Part shown: piece after piece, positions 49,965-59,610 of the stretch | How the letters are laid out: each line of letters opens with the position of its first letter | Position numbering within the stretch: position 1 is the first letter of the stretch | NCBI GenBank assembly: GCA_937998645.1 | Contig: CALLCZ010000052.1 | Location: forward strand, 2,724-66,723 | Length of the DNA stretch: 64,000 nucleotides | Direction of reading: 5' to 3' | Source: an uncultured Gammaproteobacteria bacterium | Lineage (GTDB): Bacteria; Pseudomonadota; Gammaproteobacteria; SZUA-229 | Program-made: the position numbers and the translations under genes | Notes under the pieces: generated by a model | The model's input: the letters and a program-made list of their open reading frames with translations, nothing else | Told to the model about the DNA's origin: nothing | The model's database searches: none

Positions 49965-51242
49965 TTGCGCTTTAAGTCACTCGATGAATGGCTCTCCTGG
50001 CAGGAGAGTCTGAATCCCAAAGAAATTGATCTCGGACTGGAACGCGTTTCACGTGTTCTGCACAGGGCTGGTCACAATAATCATTTCGACTGTCCTTTAA
50101 TCACCGTTGCCGGCACCAATGGTAAAGGTTCAGTGGTTGCCTACATCGAGGCCATTGCCCTGGCCGGTGGCTATACAACCTGCACCTACACATCACCGCA
50201 TCTGCTGCGTTATAACGAACGCATTCGCATCAATGGCAGCGAAATCGATGATGAAAGCCTGTGTGCGGCGTTTGAGCGCATTGATCAGGCCAGGGGTGGG
50301 GAACAACTGACCTATTTCGAGTTCGGCACGCTGGCAGCCATAGATTTGTTCATGGCTGCCAGGCCGGATCTGGTTGTCATGGAGATCGGGCTTGGCGGGC
50401 GGCTCGACGCAGTGAATATAATGCAGCCGAGTGTCGCGGTTATCACCACTATAGCCATAGATCATACCGACTGGCTGGGGACAGACCGTGAGACCATCGG
50501 TGTGGAGAAAGCCGGTATATTAAGAGCGGGCTGTGCCGCGGTATGCGGCGATATCAACCCGCCGCAATCGGTAATAAACCATGCTGCAAAATCAGCAGTG
50601 AAGCTGAAGCTCATCGGCCATGACTTCCGGGTTGAGCCGCGGGCAGAGACATGGGCAGTGCGTGCGAATGACGGCAGCCTGGATGAGTTGCCATTACCTG
50701 CACTGGCGGGTGAGTTCCAGCTGGCTAATGCCGCAACAGCTATTATGGCGCTCAAATCACTTCATGACTTAACAACGAGCGTCGGTGCCATTAAACAGGG
50801 ACTGCGTGATGTGCGACTGCCGGGACGGTTTCAGATCATCTGGCAGCGGCCTGTTGTAATCGTTGATGTTGCCCATAATCTGCAGGCAGCCGAATCACTG
50901 GCATCGCAGCTGAAGGCGCATGATTGTGCAGGCCGGACTCGTGCTATTGTGGCGATGCTCGCGGATAAACCGGTTACAGATGTCATTAAAGCGGTTTCAG
51001 GCGAAATTGACGACTGGTACCCGGCGGGTCTCGAATCAGTGCCACGCGGTTTGTCGGCAGCACATATGGCAGACGCAGTTGAACGGCTGACATCTGATGT
51101 TAAACTCAGCGCTGCTTCAACGGTTGCCAGTGCATGTGAACAGGCGCTAGCAGCTGCGGCAGATAATGACCGCATAATTATCTTCGGTTCGTTTTACACA
51201 GTCGCACAAGCAATGCATTTTTTCGCACTTCAGAGTTTGTAA
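49965..51242 (+). CDS. folC: Bifunctional folylpolyglutamate synthase / dihydrofolate synthase
   Basis: 425 aa, TTG start. N-terminus aligns with E. coli FolC (W-L-S-x-x-E-x-L-x-x-K-x-I-D-L-G-L-E-R-V). P-loop VAGTNGKGS. Mur-ligase family. Confidence 0.9.
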   Translation: MRFKSLDEWLSWQESLNPKEIDLGLERVSRVLHRAGHNNHFDCPLITVAGTNGKGSVVAYIEAIALAGGYTTCTYTSPHLLRYNERIRINGSEIDDESLCAAFERIDQARGGEQLTYFEFGTLAAIDLFMAARPDLVVMEIGLGGRLDAVNIMQPSVAVITTIAIDHTDWLGTDRETIGVEKAGILRAGCAAVCGDINPPQSVINHAAKSAVKLKLIGHDFRVEPRAETWAVRANDGSLDELPLPALAGEFQLANAATAIMALKSLHDLTTSVGAIKQGLRDVRLPGRFQIIWQRPVVIVDVAHNLQAAESLASQLKAHDCAGRTRAIVAMLADKPVTDVIKAVSGEIDDWYPAGLESVPRGLSAAHMADAVERLTSDVKLSAASTVASACEQALAAAADNDRIIIFGSFYTVAQAMHFFALQSL

Positions 51243-51270
51243 CTCAATACTTATTAGGTTTAAGAATCCT

Positions 51271-51777
51271 TTGGATAAAACTTTGCAACAACGATTGATA
51301 GGCGCCATTTTGCTGGTTGCGCTGGGCGTGATTTTTATTCCTGTTTTGCTCGATGGTTCTGGCTTCAAGTCCAGGTACAGCCGCAGCATTGAAATGCCGC
51401 CTGAGCCAAAGTTTCCTCCATTGAGCGAAATTACACTGGAGCCGGTTGTGCCGACTCATGTCAAGCAAAAGTCTGCAAAGACTACAGTCAAAAAGCCTGA
51501 GTCCAGCAAGCCGAATACAAAAACCGCATTAAAACAACCGGGCAATGCATTCGCATTGCAGGTATCTACCGTGACCATCAAGGACAATGCCTATGCCCTG
51601 CGAGACAAGCTGCGCAAGGAGGGCTATTCGGCTTATGTCGAGTCGAGCACCAAAAATGGAAAAACCAGCTACCGTGTTCGCATCGGTCCCGAGCTTGAAA
51701 AGAGCAGGCTGGAGAAGATGAAAGCGACTCTCAGCAAGGAACAGGGGCTGGATGGTTTTATTGTCAACCACCCTTGA
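51271..51777 (+). CDS. dedD: SPOR-domain cell-division protein (DedD-like)
   Basis: 168 aa. N-terminal TM (LIGAILLVALGVIFIPVLL). Pro/Lys-rich linker. C-terminal SPOR fold (AFALQVSTVTIKDNAYALRDKLRKEGYSAYVES...YRVRIGPELEKSRLEKMKATL). Sits in the conserved position between folC and cvpA. Confidence 0.7.
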   Translation: MDKTLQQRLIGAILLVALGVIFIPVLLDGSGFKSRYSRSIEMPPEPKFPPLSEITLEPVVPTHVKQKSAKTTVKKPESSKPNTKTALKQPGNAFALQVSTVTIKDNAYALRDKLRKEGYSAYVESSTKNGKTSYRVRIGPELEKSRLEKMKATLSKEQGLDGFIVNHP

Positions 51778-51980
51778 AGGCAGGGACGAGGGGCGAGGTA
51801 CTAGTGGCGAGGAAAAACACATTGTAGCCCGGATGAAGTGAAACGTAATCCGGGATTTATATTGCATTTTCCGGGTTTCTCTGCGCCAGTACATGTACTG
51901 CAACGGCGCTAAATCCATGTTTATTCCTTAATCTGTAGCGCGTATAATCCCGGCTTTATCAGCTGCCACACAGATGTCCC

Positions 51981-52478
51981 ATGACCGTCGTTGATGTTGT
52001 CATTATTTTTGTAATCGTTCTGTCAGCACTTTTTGGATTGTTGCGCGGCTTCATGAAGGAAGCTATCTCACTCGCCAAGTGGATAATCGCAACCTGGATT
52101 GCGGCGACCTTTGCGCCGAAACTGGCACCCATGCTGCCGGCTGCGATTGAATCAGAAGCTGTTCGACAGGCGATCTCGTTTGCATCGCTTTTCATCATTG
52201 TTTTTATCCTGGGTACCATCATCACCCATCTGGTTACCCGCGTGTTGATCAAGACCGGACTGACCAGTCTCGACAGGGTGCTTGGCCTGGGTTTTGGTGT
52301 TGTCAGAGGGGGGCTGATTATTATCATCTTCGTTATTGTCGGTAGTCACTTCCCGCAACTGCCGCAACAGGACTGGTGGCAGCGTTCCATGCTGCTTGAG
52401 CGCTTCGAGGATGCGGTGGTCTGGATTCAGGATTACATACCTGATATGGATGCTTCCTATAACAGAGGCGTTGTGTGA
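51981..52478 (+). CDS. cvpA: Colicin V production protein CvpA (inner-membrane protein)
   Basis: 165 aa. 4 TM segments. CvpA family. Immediately upstream of purF. Confidence 0.85.
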   Translation: MTVVDVVIIFVIVLSALFGLLRGFMKEAISLAKWIIATWIAATFAPKLAPMLPAAIESEAVRQAISFASLFIIVFILGTIITHLVTRVLIKTGLTSLDRVLGLGFGVVRGGLIIIIFVIVGSHFPQLPQQDWWQRSMLLERFEDAVVWIQDYIPDMDASYNRGVV

Positions 52479-52481
52479 TCC

Positions 52482-53984
52482 ATGTGCGGTATCGTTGGTA
52501 TTGTCAGCCACTCTCCGGTCAACCTGGATTTGTATGAGTCACTCTCTGTGCTGCAGCACAGGGGCCAGGATGCGGCAGGTATCATGACCTGCGAGGATGA
52601 CCGGTTTTTCATGCGCAAGGGTAATGGCCTGGTACGCGATGTGTTTTTCAAGCAGCACATGGAGCGCCTGCGCGGCAATATGGGCATCGGTCATGTGCGC
52701 TACCCAACCGCAGGCTGTTCATCATCACTCGAGGCGCAGCCGTTCTATGTGAATTCCCCTTACGGCATTGCACTCGCGCATAATGGCAATCTGACGAATA
52801 CCGAGGCGCTGAAGGAACAGCTGTTCCTCGATGACATGCGTCATTTGAATACCGAGTCAGACACTGAAGCACTGCTTAATGTGTTTGCGCACGAGCTTCA
52901 GTTACTGGCCAAGCCCGATTTTGACAAGGAGGATATCTTTGAAGCGGTAGCAGCTGTACACGAACGCTGCAAGGGCGGCTATGCCGTTATCGCGATGATC
53001 GTTGGCAAGGGTGTTCTCGCGTTCCGTGATCCCAATGGCATTCGCCCCGTCGTTTATGGAAAACGTGAAACGGCTGCGGGTGCCGATTACATGATTGCAT
53101 CTGAAAGCGTTGCATTGCAGGCACAGGGATTCGAGCTGGTGCGCGACCTGATGCCAGGCGAAGCTGTATTCATTGAACAGGACGGCGTTCTGCATACGCG
53201 CCAGTGTGCAGCAAATCCCAGGCTTGTACCTTGTATTTTCGAGCTGGTTTATTTTGCCAGGCCTGATTCAATTATGGACGATGTTTCCGTATACAAGGCA
53301 CGCCTGAGAATGGGACAGAAGCTGGTGCAGAAAATTCTGCGTGAATTTCCCGATCATGATATCGATGTTGTTATTCCGATTCCGGATACCAGTCGAACTT
53401 CAGCACTGGAGGTCGCCTTCCACCTGAATGTCAAATACCGCGAAGGCTTTATCAAAAACCGTTACATTGGACGTACCTTTATCATGCCCGGGCAAACGGA
53501 GCGCAAGAAGTCAGTGCGACAGAAACTGAATCCCATCGATCTTGAATTCCAGGGCAAGAATGTTTTGCTGGTCGATGATTCGATCGTACGTGGCACGACT
53601 TCGAAACAGATCATACAAATGGCGCGCGAAGCCGGTGCCAACAAGGTTTATATGGCCTCGGCCGCACCACCTGTGCGTTATCCCAATGTGTATGGTATCG
53701 ACATGCCTGCCCCGGAAGAGTTTGTGGCACATAATCGTACTGTTGAGGAAATAGCGCAGGCGATTGGAGCTGACTGGCTGGTTTACCAGGATCTTGATGA
53801 CCTTGTCGAGGCTGTTCAGAAAGGTAACGAAAAACTGCAGGAATTCGATTGTTCCTGTTTTGACGGCAAGTATGTAACCAATGATATCGATGAAAACTAT
53901 TTTCGCAGGCTGGAATTGCAGCGAAATGATGCAGCCAAGATGAAGCACCGGGGCAGCCAGTCTGCTGAGACAGTCGAGTTATAA
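52482..53984 (+). CDS. purF: Amidophosphoribosyltransferase
   Basis: 500 aa. N-terminal nucleophile MCGIVGIV. Ntn-glutamine amidotransferase domain. PRTase motif ([14 protein letters not shown]). Confidence 0.95.
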   Translation: MCGIVGIVSHSPVNLDLYESLSVLQHRGQDAAGIMTCEDDRFFMRKGNGLVRDVFFKQHMERLRGNMGIGHVRYPTAGCSSSLEAQPFYVNSPYGIALAHNGNLTNTEALKEQLFLDDMRHLNTESDTEALLNVFAHELQLLAKPDFDKEDIFEAVAAVHERCKGGYAVIAMIVGKGVLAFRDPNGIRPVVYGKRETAAGADYMIASESVALQAQGFELVRDLMPGEAVFIEQDGVLHTRQCAANPRLVPCIFELVYFARPDSIMDDVSVYKARLRMGQKLVQKILREFPDHDIDVVIPIPDTSRTSALEVAFHLNVKYREGFIKNRYIGRTFIMPGQTERKKSVRQKLNPIDLEFQGKNVLLVDDSIVRGTTSKQIIQMAREAGANKVYMASAAPPVRYPNVYGIDMPAPEEFVAHNRTVEEIAQAIGADWLVYQDLDDLVEAVQKGNEKLQEFDCSCFDGKYVTNDIDENYFRRLELQRNDAAKMKHRGSQSAETVEL

Positions 53985-54101
53985 CGCCGGTTATCCGCTT
54001 ATCCAGCAACACGCGCTTTCATTTCAGGTAGAACAAACAGATTCAAATATCACTGAATAGCTGCTACTGTTAATACATCGCACTACGCATGTATTTAATA
54101 A

Positions 54102-54569
54102 ATGACTGAAAATCTTATTCCCGGCATACGCAACGCTGTACGTGCAGTCATCACGCAAGATGACGCGGTTCTGCTGCAACGCAAGATTGATGATAATGGT
54201 GCAGAACGCTATGCACTTCCTGGCGGGGCACAGGAGCACGGAGAGAGCCTGACCGAAGCACTGCAGCGCGAATGCGAAGAAGAAATAGGTACACGGGTTG
54301 AAGTCATCGATCTGCTGTTTGTCGGTGACTATTTCAAGCTGAGGCAAACATCACCACCGACAACAAGGCAGTTACTCGAATTTCTGTTTGCCTGTAACGT
54401 AGGGCCAGACTATCAACCCCGGAATGGGCCGCGCCCGGACAAACACCAGGTCGACGTAGAATGGGTTCCAGTCAACCGACTGGATGAAATCAATCTTGTG
54501 CCTGTTGATTATGTTGAGTTGCTGCGGAAACAGAAACAGTCTCGCATTTATGTCGGGCAAGTGTTTTGA
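54102..54569 (+). CDS. Nudix hydrolase
   Basis: 155 aa. Nudix box GGAQEHGESLTEALQRECEEEIG (Gx5Ex7REUxEExGU). Confidence 0.8.
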   Translation: MTENLIPGIRNAVRAVITQDDAVLLQRKIDDNGAERYALPGGAQEHGESLTEALQRECEEEIGTRVEVIDLLFVGDYFKLRQTSPPTTRQLLEFLFACNVGPDYQPRNGPRPDKHQVDVEWVPVNRLDEINLVPVDYVELLRKQKQSRIYVGQVF

Positions 54570-54575
54570 TTCATC

Positions 54576-56216
54576 ATGGATTTGCAGCAAAGCATCCGGC
54601 ATAACCTCGAATTTCTCCAGACCGAACTGGTCAGCCGTCTTGAGAGCATCAAGACCTACCTGGATGATACCTCGCCTGAGGCGGCAGAAAGCATATTCAA
54701 ACGCAGCGGCTATATATCCAACCTGAAGCAACGCATCCATGATGCCTGCTACAGGTATATAGCGGAAACAGATAACTCGGATACGCCTGAAGTTCTTCGT
54801 GTCCGCGCCATCGATATCATTGCAACCGAACTCGAAAACATTGCCGGACTGGGTGAGGAGTTTGTGCAGCAGTCGATCTACCTTGAAGATCCGGGAAGAA
54901 AGAATTTTCCAAGGCTGTTATCACAGATTGATCTTGTCATCGAAGCCGTCGCCATGGTGCACACTGCGCTGTTCGAGAACGACACGCAGGTCGCTATAAA
55001 GATCGGTCGCACCCAGGGAAGGCTGGAACGGAAGTTCAGAAAACTGCTGAAAAAGAATGCCGCATCGCTGCGCGATACCTCGGATGCGGAGAACCTGCTC
55101 AGTATCTCCTTTACTGCCTACTCCATAGAACGCATGGGAGACAGCCTGCTCACGATCAGCGAAGCCATTATTTCAAGTAACCTCGGCATGGTGATGGACA
55201 GCGCCCGGTTCCAGGCGATGCAGGATATCAGCAAGATCACTGACAGCGCGAACACAGAGGAACTGCATATCCAGAATGTTGCCGAGACGCGCTCGGGCGC
55301 GGCGATATCGAGTATACAATTGCCTGACGGTGAGAGTGGCAGTTACCCCGCCATTTTCAAGCAGGGACATACCAAGAAGCTCAAGCAGGAGCGTAAAGGT
55401 GTCGAGAGCTGGCACGATGTGTTCCCGGGCCTGGCGCCGCAGATCCTCTCATGGAAAAAGAAAGGCAAGTCGGCTTCGCTGTTGATCGAGCACCTGTCAG
55501 GCAACACCTTTGAGCAGATTGTGCTGAACGAATCGACCGAAACACTCAATGACGTATTGCAGGAATTGAAAAATACGCTGCATAGCGTGTGGACTGAAAC
55601 ACTGGCTGACAAACCGGTATCTGCGGAATTCATGCGACAGCTCGACAAACGAATCAGCGACGTGTATGCGGTGCACCCGGAGTTTCACGACAGCTTGCAG
55701 GTCATATGCGGGCATAAAGTACCGTCTTTTGACAGCCTTGCAGAAAAAGCGGCCGAAGTCGAAAGCGGACTGCAGGCGCCGTTCTCTGTTTACATTCACG
55801 GTGATTTCAACATAGACAATCTCATCTATGATTCTGATAACAGGCAGATACGCTACGTGGACCTGCATCGTTCGCGCTACATGGATTACGTGCAGGATGT
55901 ATCTGTGTTCATGGTGTCGAATTACCGCCTGCAGGTGCTTGACCCGGTGGTGCGTCAACGCATTGCCGCAGTGATATACAATTTCTATCGCATTGCTGCA
56001 GAGTTCGCAGCAAACAACAAAGACAGTACTTTCGAATTTCGCCTGGCCTTCGGTCTGGTTCGCTCACTGGCAACCTCCACCCGGTTCATACTCGACCGCG
56101 ATCTCGCCCGCGGTATGTTCCTGCGTGCCCGCTACCTGCTGGAGCAGATCGTCAGCCTCGAGCCTGCAGCCTATGAAAACTACCGTGTTCCAGTAGAGGA
56201 GATATTTTGTGGTTAG
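54576..56216 (+). CDS. PhoU-domain / protein-kinase-like (APH/choline-kinase fold) phosphotransferase fusion protein
   Basis: 546 aa. N-terminal ~240 aa with PhoU-like helical repeats, including SIERMGDSLLTISEAI (compare the PhoU ERIGDHATNIAE motif). C-terminal kinase-like domain with Brenner motif HGDFNIDNLIY and downstream YVDLHRS...D. Confidence 0.65.
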   Translation: MDLQQSIRHNLEFLQTELVSRLESIKTYLDDTSPEAAESIFKRSGYISNLKQRIHDACYRYIAETDNSDTPEVLRVRAIDIIATELENIAGLGEEFVQQSIYLEDPGRKNFPRLLSQIDLVIEAVAMVHTALFENDTQVAIKIGRTQGRLERKFRKLLKKNAASLRDTSDAENLLSISFTAYSIERMGDSLLTISEAIISSNLGMVMDSARFQAMQDISKITDSANTEELHIQNVAETRSGAAISSIQLPDGESGSYPAIFKQGHTKKLKQERKGVESWHDVFPGLAPQILSWKKKGKSASLLIEHLSGNTFEQIVLNESTETLNDVLQELKNTLHSVWTETLADKPVSAEFMRQLDKRISDVYAVHPEFHDSLQVICGHKVPSFDSLAEKAAEVESGLQAPFSVYIHGDFNIDNLIYDSDNRQIRYVDLHRSRYMDYVQDVSVFMVSNYRLQVLDPVVRQRIAAVIYNFYRIAAEFAANNKDSTFEFRLAFGLVRSLATSTRFILDRDLARGMFLRARYLLEQIVSLEPAAYENYRVPVEEIFCG

Positions 56217-56457
56217 CCCGCATTTCTCACCAGGCCGCTACGTAACTGGAGTAACCGTATGAATATAAAATCAGAAGATCGATTTCAATCAAATACAGTC
56301 TGTTTAGTGGGGCGCTATTTCGTTCCATGCGCATCTGTAGCGTCCCTGAGCACGCATCTTCCCTCAAACCATAGCTATGGCTATGCTTTTCAGTCCAGAC
56401 GCGCACTCAGAAACACTACAGATGCACCTGAATCCGAAATCCTGGTGAGATATGCGG
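56217..56457 (+). promoter_or_regulatory. Repeated leader element 1: 18-bp inverted repeat spanning the whole intergenic region and overlapping the SD and start codon of the ATP-grasp gene
   Basis: Left arm cccgcatttctcaccagg (56217-56234, right after the upstream stop). Right arm cctggtgagatatgcggg (56440-56457) contains GGUGAGA (SD-like) and the ATG at 56452. Complementary in 17 of 18 positions. Confidence 0.55.
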
Positions 56458-57342
56458 GCTGATCCAAGAATCGGTGTTGTCGGCCTGCCTGGCAAATGGT
56501 CAACGGAAACGCTGGCGGATGCTGTCGAAGCCAGCACAGGGATGCGGCTTGTTATCGATATGAGCGATGTTGCGCTTGATCTCGACGGGCGCAAACTTCT
56601 GTATGGTAAACATGATTTGTGTGAGCTCGATGCTATCATCGTGAAAAAAATCAGCCGTGAATACAGCCCCAACTCGATCGATCGTCTCGAACTGCTGCGC
56701 GTGGCCGAGGCAAAGGGTGTGCGCGTATTCAGCCCGGCACTCAGCATGCTGCGCCTGATTGACAGGCTGAGTTGTACCACAACAATGGCAAATGCCGGGA
56801 TTCCCATGCCACCGACATCGATAACTGAAGATATCGGCCAGGCGGAAGAGGCAGTACGACAGTACGGCAGTGCTGTGTTCAAGCCGTTGTTTTCCACCAA
56901 GGCAAGGGGAATGATTGTTGTTGATGCAGCTGATCCGGAGATAGAGCGTATCGAGCAGATAAAGGATTTTCATCAGCACAATCCAATGATGTATATCCAG
57001 AAAAAAATGGAATTACCCGGCCAGGACCTCGGCCTGGTTTTTCTTGGCGGTGAATACCTGGGCGCCTATGCCAGGGTGTCGGAAGGCAGCTCATGGAATA
57101 CCACGATACTTCATGGTGGCCGTTATGCAGCGGCAGAACCGGATGCCAGCTGGGTCGAAATTGCACAGCGTGCGCAGGGCCTGTTTAATATGGATTACAC
57201 CACGGTGGACATGGCGGAAACTGAAGATGGACCTGTTGTGTTCGAGGTTTCCGCATTCGGCGGCTTTCGTGGTGCGAAAGAGGGTCTGGGTATAAACGTT
57301 GCGGAACGCTATGTTGACTACGTACTGAGCAAACTTGACTGA
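56452..57342 (+). CDS. ATP-grasp ligase (RimK/alpha-L-glutamate-ligase-like)
   Basis: 296 aa. ATP-grasp fold (VFKPLFSTKARGMIVV, MMYIQKKMELPGQDLGLVFLGGEYLGAYAR). Starts with ATGCGGGCT inside a repeated leader element. Confidence 0.75.
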   Translation: MRADPRIGVVGLPGKWSTETLADAVEASTGMRLVIDMSDVALDLDGRKLLYGKHDLCELDAIIVKKISREYSPNSIDRLELLRVAEAKGVRVFSPALSMLRLIDRLSCTTTMANAGIPMPPTSITEDIGQAEEAVRQYGSAVFKPLFSTKARGMIVVDAADPEIERIEQIKDFHQHNPMMYIQKKMELPGQDLGLVFLGGEYLGAYARVSEGSSWNTTILHGGRYAAAEPDASWVEIAQRAQGLFNMDYTTVDMAETEDGPVVFEVSAFGGFRGAKEGLGINVAERYVDYVLSKLD

Positions 57343-57343
57343 T

Positions 57344-58435
57344 ATGAATGACGATCTAAATAGCATAAAGCAGATGTTGACGGGCGATAACGAATTGCTG
57401 CCGTCATCGGTATGTCTGCAACTGATGGACTATCGGCTGGCTATACGCAGTAATTCAGAGCGCTTCCTGCAGTGCATGCAACGCTATTTTTCACACGTGC
57501 TGGCAGCGTCAGGCGATGACGTGCGTGCCGAAGTGATCGCAATAGAGCGTGACATCGTGAATACCAGTGTTGAATTTGTCGACTGGAAACGAGAGCCAGG
57601 TAAAACCGGCCGTAAAGATGCGATTTACGATTTTCCTGCTGGCCGGCTGGTGCGGAAAGTGCGCACGGGCATGCTGTTTCTGCAAAGCGATCGGGACCTG
57701 GTCGTGGCAGGGCCCTGTCTTGAATATGATAACCAGGTGATCAATTTCATCAATTCACAGTTCCTGAACTGGCTGCAGAATGATGGCTACCTGCTATGCC
57801 ATGCGGCCGCACTGTCGCGTAACGGCCATGGCCTGGCGATAGCGGGTTTGTCGGGCGGTGGTAAATCAACGCTGATGCTAAACCTGATGGATGACGCGGC
57901 GACCGCTTTTGTAAGCAATGATCGGTTGCTGGTGCGCAGGCAGGGAGAAACGACACATGCGGTCGGAATTCCCAAGCTGCCACGCATCAACCCGGGCACC
58001 ATTGTGCATAATCCGCGGCTGTTTCCGCTGATTGATGAAAACTCACGTGAACAACTGCTGCAACTGGATAAAAAGGAATTGTGGAAGCTGGAACAGAAAT
58101 ATGATGCCAATATCAATGAGCTTTACGGTCCCGGGCGGATCCAGCATGAAACAGGCCTGTACAGGTTCCTGGTATTGAACTGGCAGCATGACACAGACAA
58201 AGAGCTGCAGGTGAACAGGGTAGACCTGTCGCAGCGCTCGGATCTTTTGTCTGCAATCATGAAACCTTCAGGTCCTTTTTACATGGATACAGCAGGGGTT
58301 TTCAACAGTGATGATGCATTCCCGGAGGCTTCAAACTACCTGACCGAACTTGCAGATGTGGAAATTTATGAGGCCAGCGGCAAAATTGATTTCGAACGAC
58401 TGGGAACAGTGTGTGTTAACGAACTGCTGGTTTGA
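57344..58435 (+). CDS. HprK-related P-loop kinase/phosphorylase-like protein
   Basis: About 363 aa; ATG overlaps the ATP-grasp stop region (an in-frame TTG at 57335 is also possible). C-terminal domain matches the HPr-kinase C-terminal pattern H-AAAL...G.GLAIAGLSGGGKSTLMLNLMDD. Confidence 0.65.
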   Translation: MNDDLNSIKQMLTGDNELLPSSVCLQLMDYRLAIRSNSERFLQCMQRYFSHVLAASGDDVRAEVIAIERDIVNTSVEFVDWKREPGKTGRKDAIYDFPAGRLVRKVRTGMLFLQSDRDLVVAGPCLEYDNQVINFINSQFLNWLQNDGYLLCHAAALSRNGHGLAIAGLSGGGKSTLMLNLMDDAATAFVSNDRLLVRRQGETTHAVGIPKLPRINPGTIVHNPRLFPLIDENSREQLLQLDKKELWKLEQKYDANINELYGPGRIQHETGLYRFLVLNWQHDTDKELQVNRVDLSQRSDLLSAIMKPSGPFYMDTAGVFNSDDAFPEASNYLTELADVEIYEASGKIDFERLGTVCVNELLV

Positions 58436-58480
58436 ATCTGAAGAAAATGACGGCAGGGCAAACGAGCAAGCGGGTATACA

Positions 58481-59452
58481 ATGGCGCGTGAACTTTTGAT
58501 TTTCAGACACGGCAAGGCGGTTGGTAATACAAACGGTGATGATTACTCCCGTCCGATCACCGACAGAGGCAAGCGCGGTTCACAGCGAATGGGCGCCTGG
58601 CTATGGCAGAAAAACATCAGGCCGGATTACATCGTCAGTTCACCGGCCGAGCGTGCCTATGTATCAGCGCAGAAACTTTGCAAGGCCATGGGCGACGATG
58701 CGACATCAATCGTGACTGACAGGCGCCTGTACAGGGGTGATCTCAATTCGTTGCTGAGCGTGCTTGCTGATTGCCCGAAGAACAGGCAAAGGGTCATGCT
58801 GGTCGGCCATAATCCCGCGCTCGCAGAACTGTTGTTATACCTGCTGGGCGGCAAGGCACCGCTGCCGGACGACGGCAGGCTGCTGCCCACGGCGGCGCTG
58901 GCGCGAGTGGTTATGCCGGGTAACTGGAAAAAACCCGGGTTTGGTTGCGCGCAGCTGAAATCATTGACCCGGCATGAGGATCTACCGAAAAAATTCCCCT
59001 TTCCTGCGCCCGACGGCAAGGAAAAAAGAGATCGGCCCGCCTACTATTACCGGCAATCTGCCGTGATACCGTACCGCATGCGCAAGAATCAACTGCAGGT
59101 CATGCTGGTCGGTTCGAGCAAGCGCAATCACTGGGTGGTGCCCAAGGGGATTCACGAGCCTGGTATGTCGGCACAGAAATCCGCAGAAATAGAAGCTTAT
59201 GAAGAAGCAGGCATTCGCGGTACGGTGAGCAAATCCATGCTCGGCGAATACGAGTATCCCAAGTGGGGAGCAAGCTGCAGGGTTGAGGTCTATGCTATGA
59301 GTGTCGGAGAAATACTGCCTGACAGTGAATGGGAAGAAACACACCGTGGCAGGAAATGGCTGTCGACAGATGAAGCGGCCGGTCTGGTCAAGGAGCCGTC
59401 GCTGCGGCCGATGATCCAGTCCCTTGCCGGCTTTATTGAAAGGAAGAGTTAA
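58481..59452 (+). CDS. SixA-like histidine phosphatase fused to a Nudix hydrolase domain
   Basis: 323 aa. N-terminal phosphohistidine-phosphatase signature (LLIFRHGKA...LVGHNPAL). C-terminal Nudix box (KGIHEPGMSAQKSAEIEAYEEAGIRG). Confidence 0.7.
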   Translation: MARELLIFRHGKAVGNTNGDDYSRPITDRGKRGSQRMGAWLWQKNIRPDYIVSSPAERAYVSAQKLCKAMGDDATSIVTDRRLYRGDLNSLLSVLADCPKNRQRVMLVGHNPALAELLLYLLGGKAPLPDDGRLLPTAALARVVMPGNWKKPGFGCAQLKSLTRHEDLPKKFPFPAPDGKEKRDRPAYYYRQSAVIPYRMRKNQLQVMLVGSSKRNHWVVPKGIHEPGMSAQKSAEIEAYEEAGIRGTVSKSMLGEYEYPKWGASCRVEVYAMSVGEILPDSEWEETHRGRKWLSTDEAAGLVKEPSLRPMIQSLAGFIERKS

Positions 59453-59465
59453 ACACATGGATAAC

Positions 59466-59610
59466 CCGCGTTTCTCACCAGGCGGCGTAGTAACTGATGA
59501 GACATAGTCCATTGGAGTAAAGCTGAAATGATGAAAAATACCGTGTGTTATTCAAGCGTGCCTATCACGGTTCCTGCGTCTGCTCCCGTGATCCTGGTGA
59601 GAAATGCGGG
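59466..59610 (+). promoter_or_regulatory. Repeated leader element 2: same inverted repeat in front of the histidine-phosphatase gene
   Basis: Left arm cccgcgtttctcaccagg (59466-59483). Right arm cctggtgagaaatgcggg (59593-59610) includes the ATG at 59604. The single difference gives a G-U pair. Adjacent flanks (ggcgtagtaactg; gatcctggtgag) are also shared with element 1. Confidence 0.55.
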
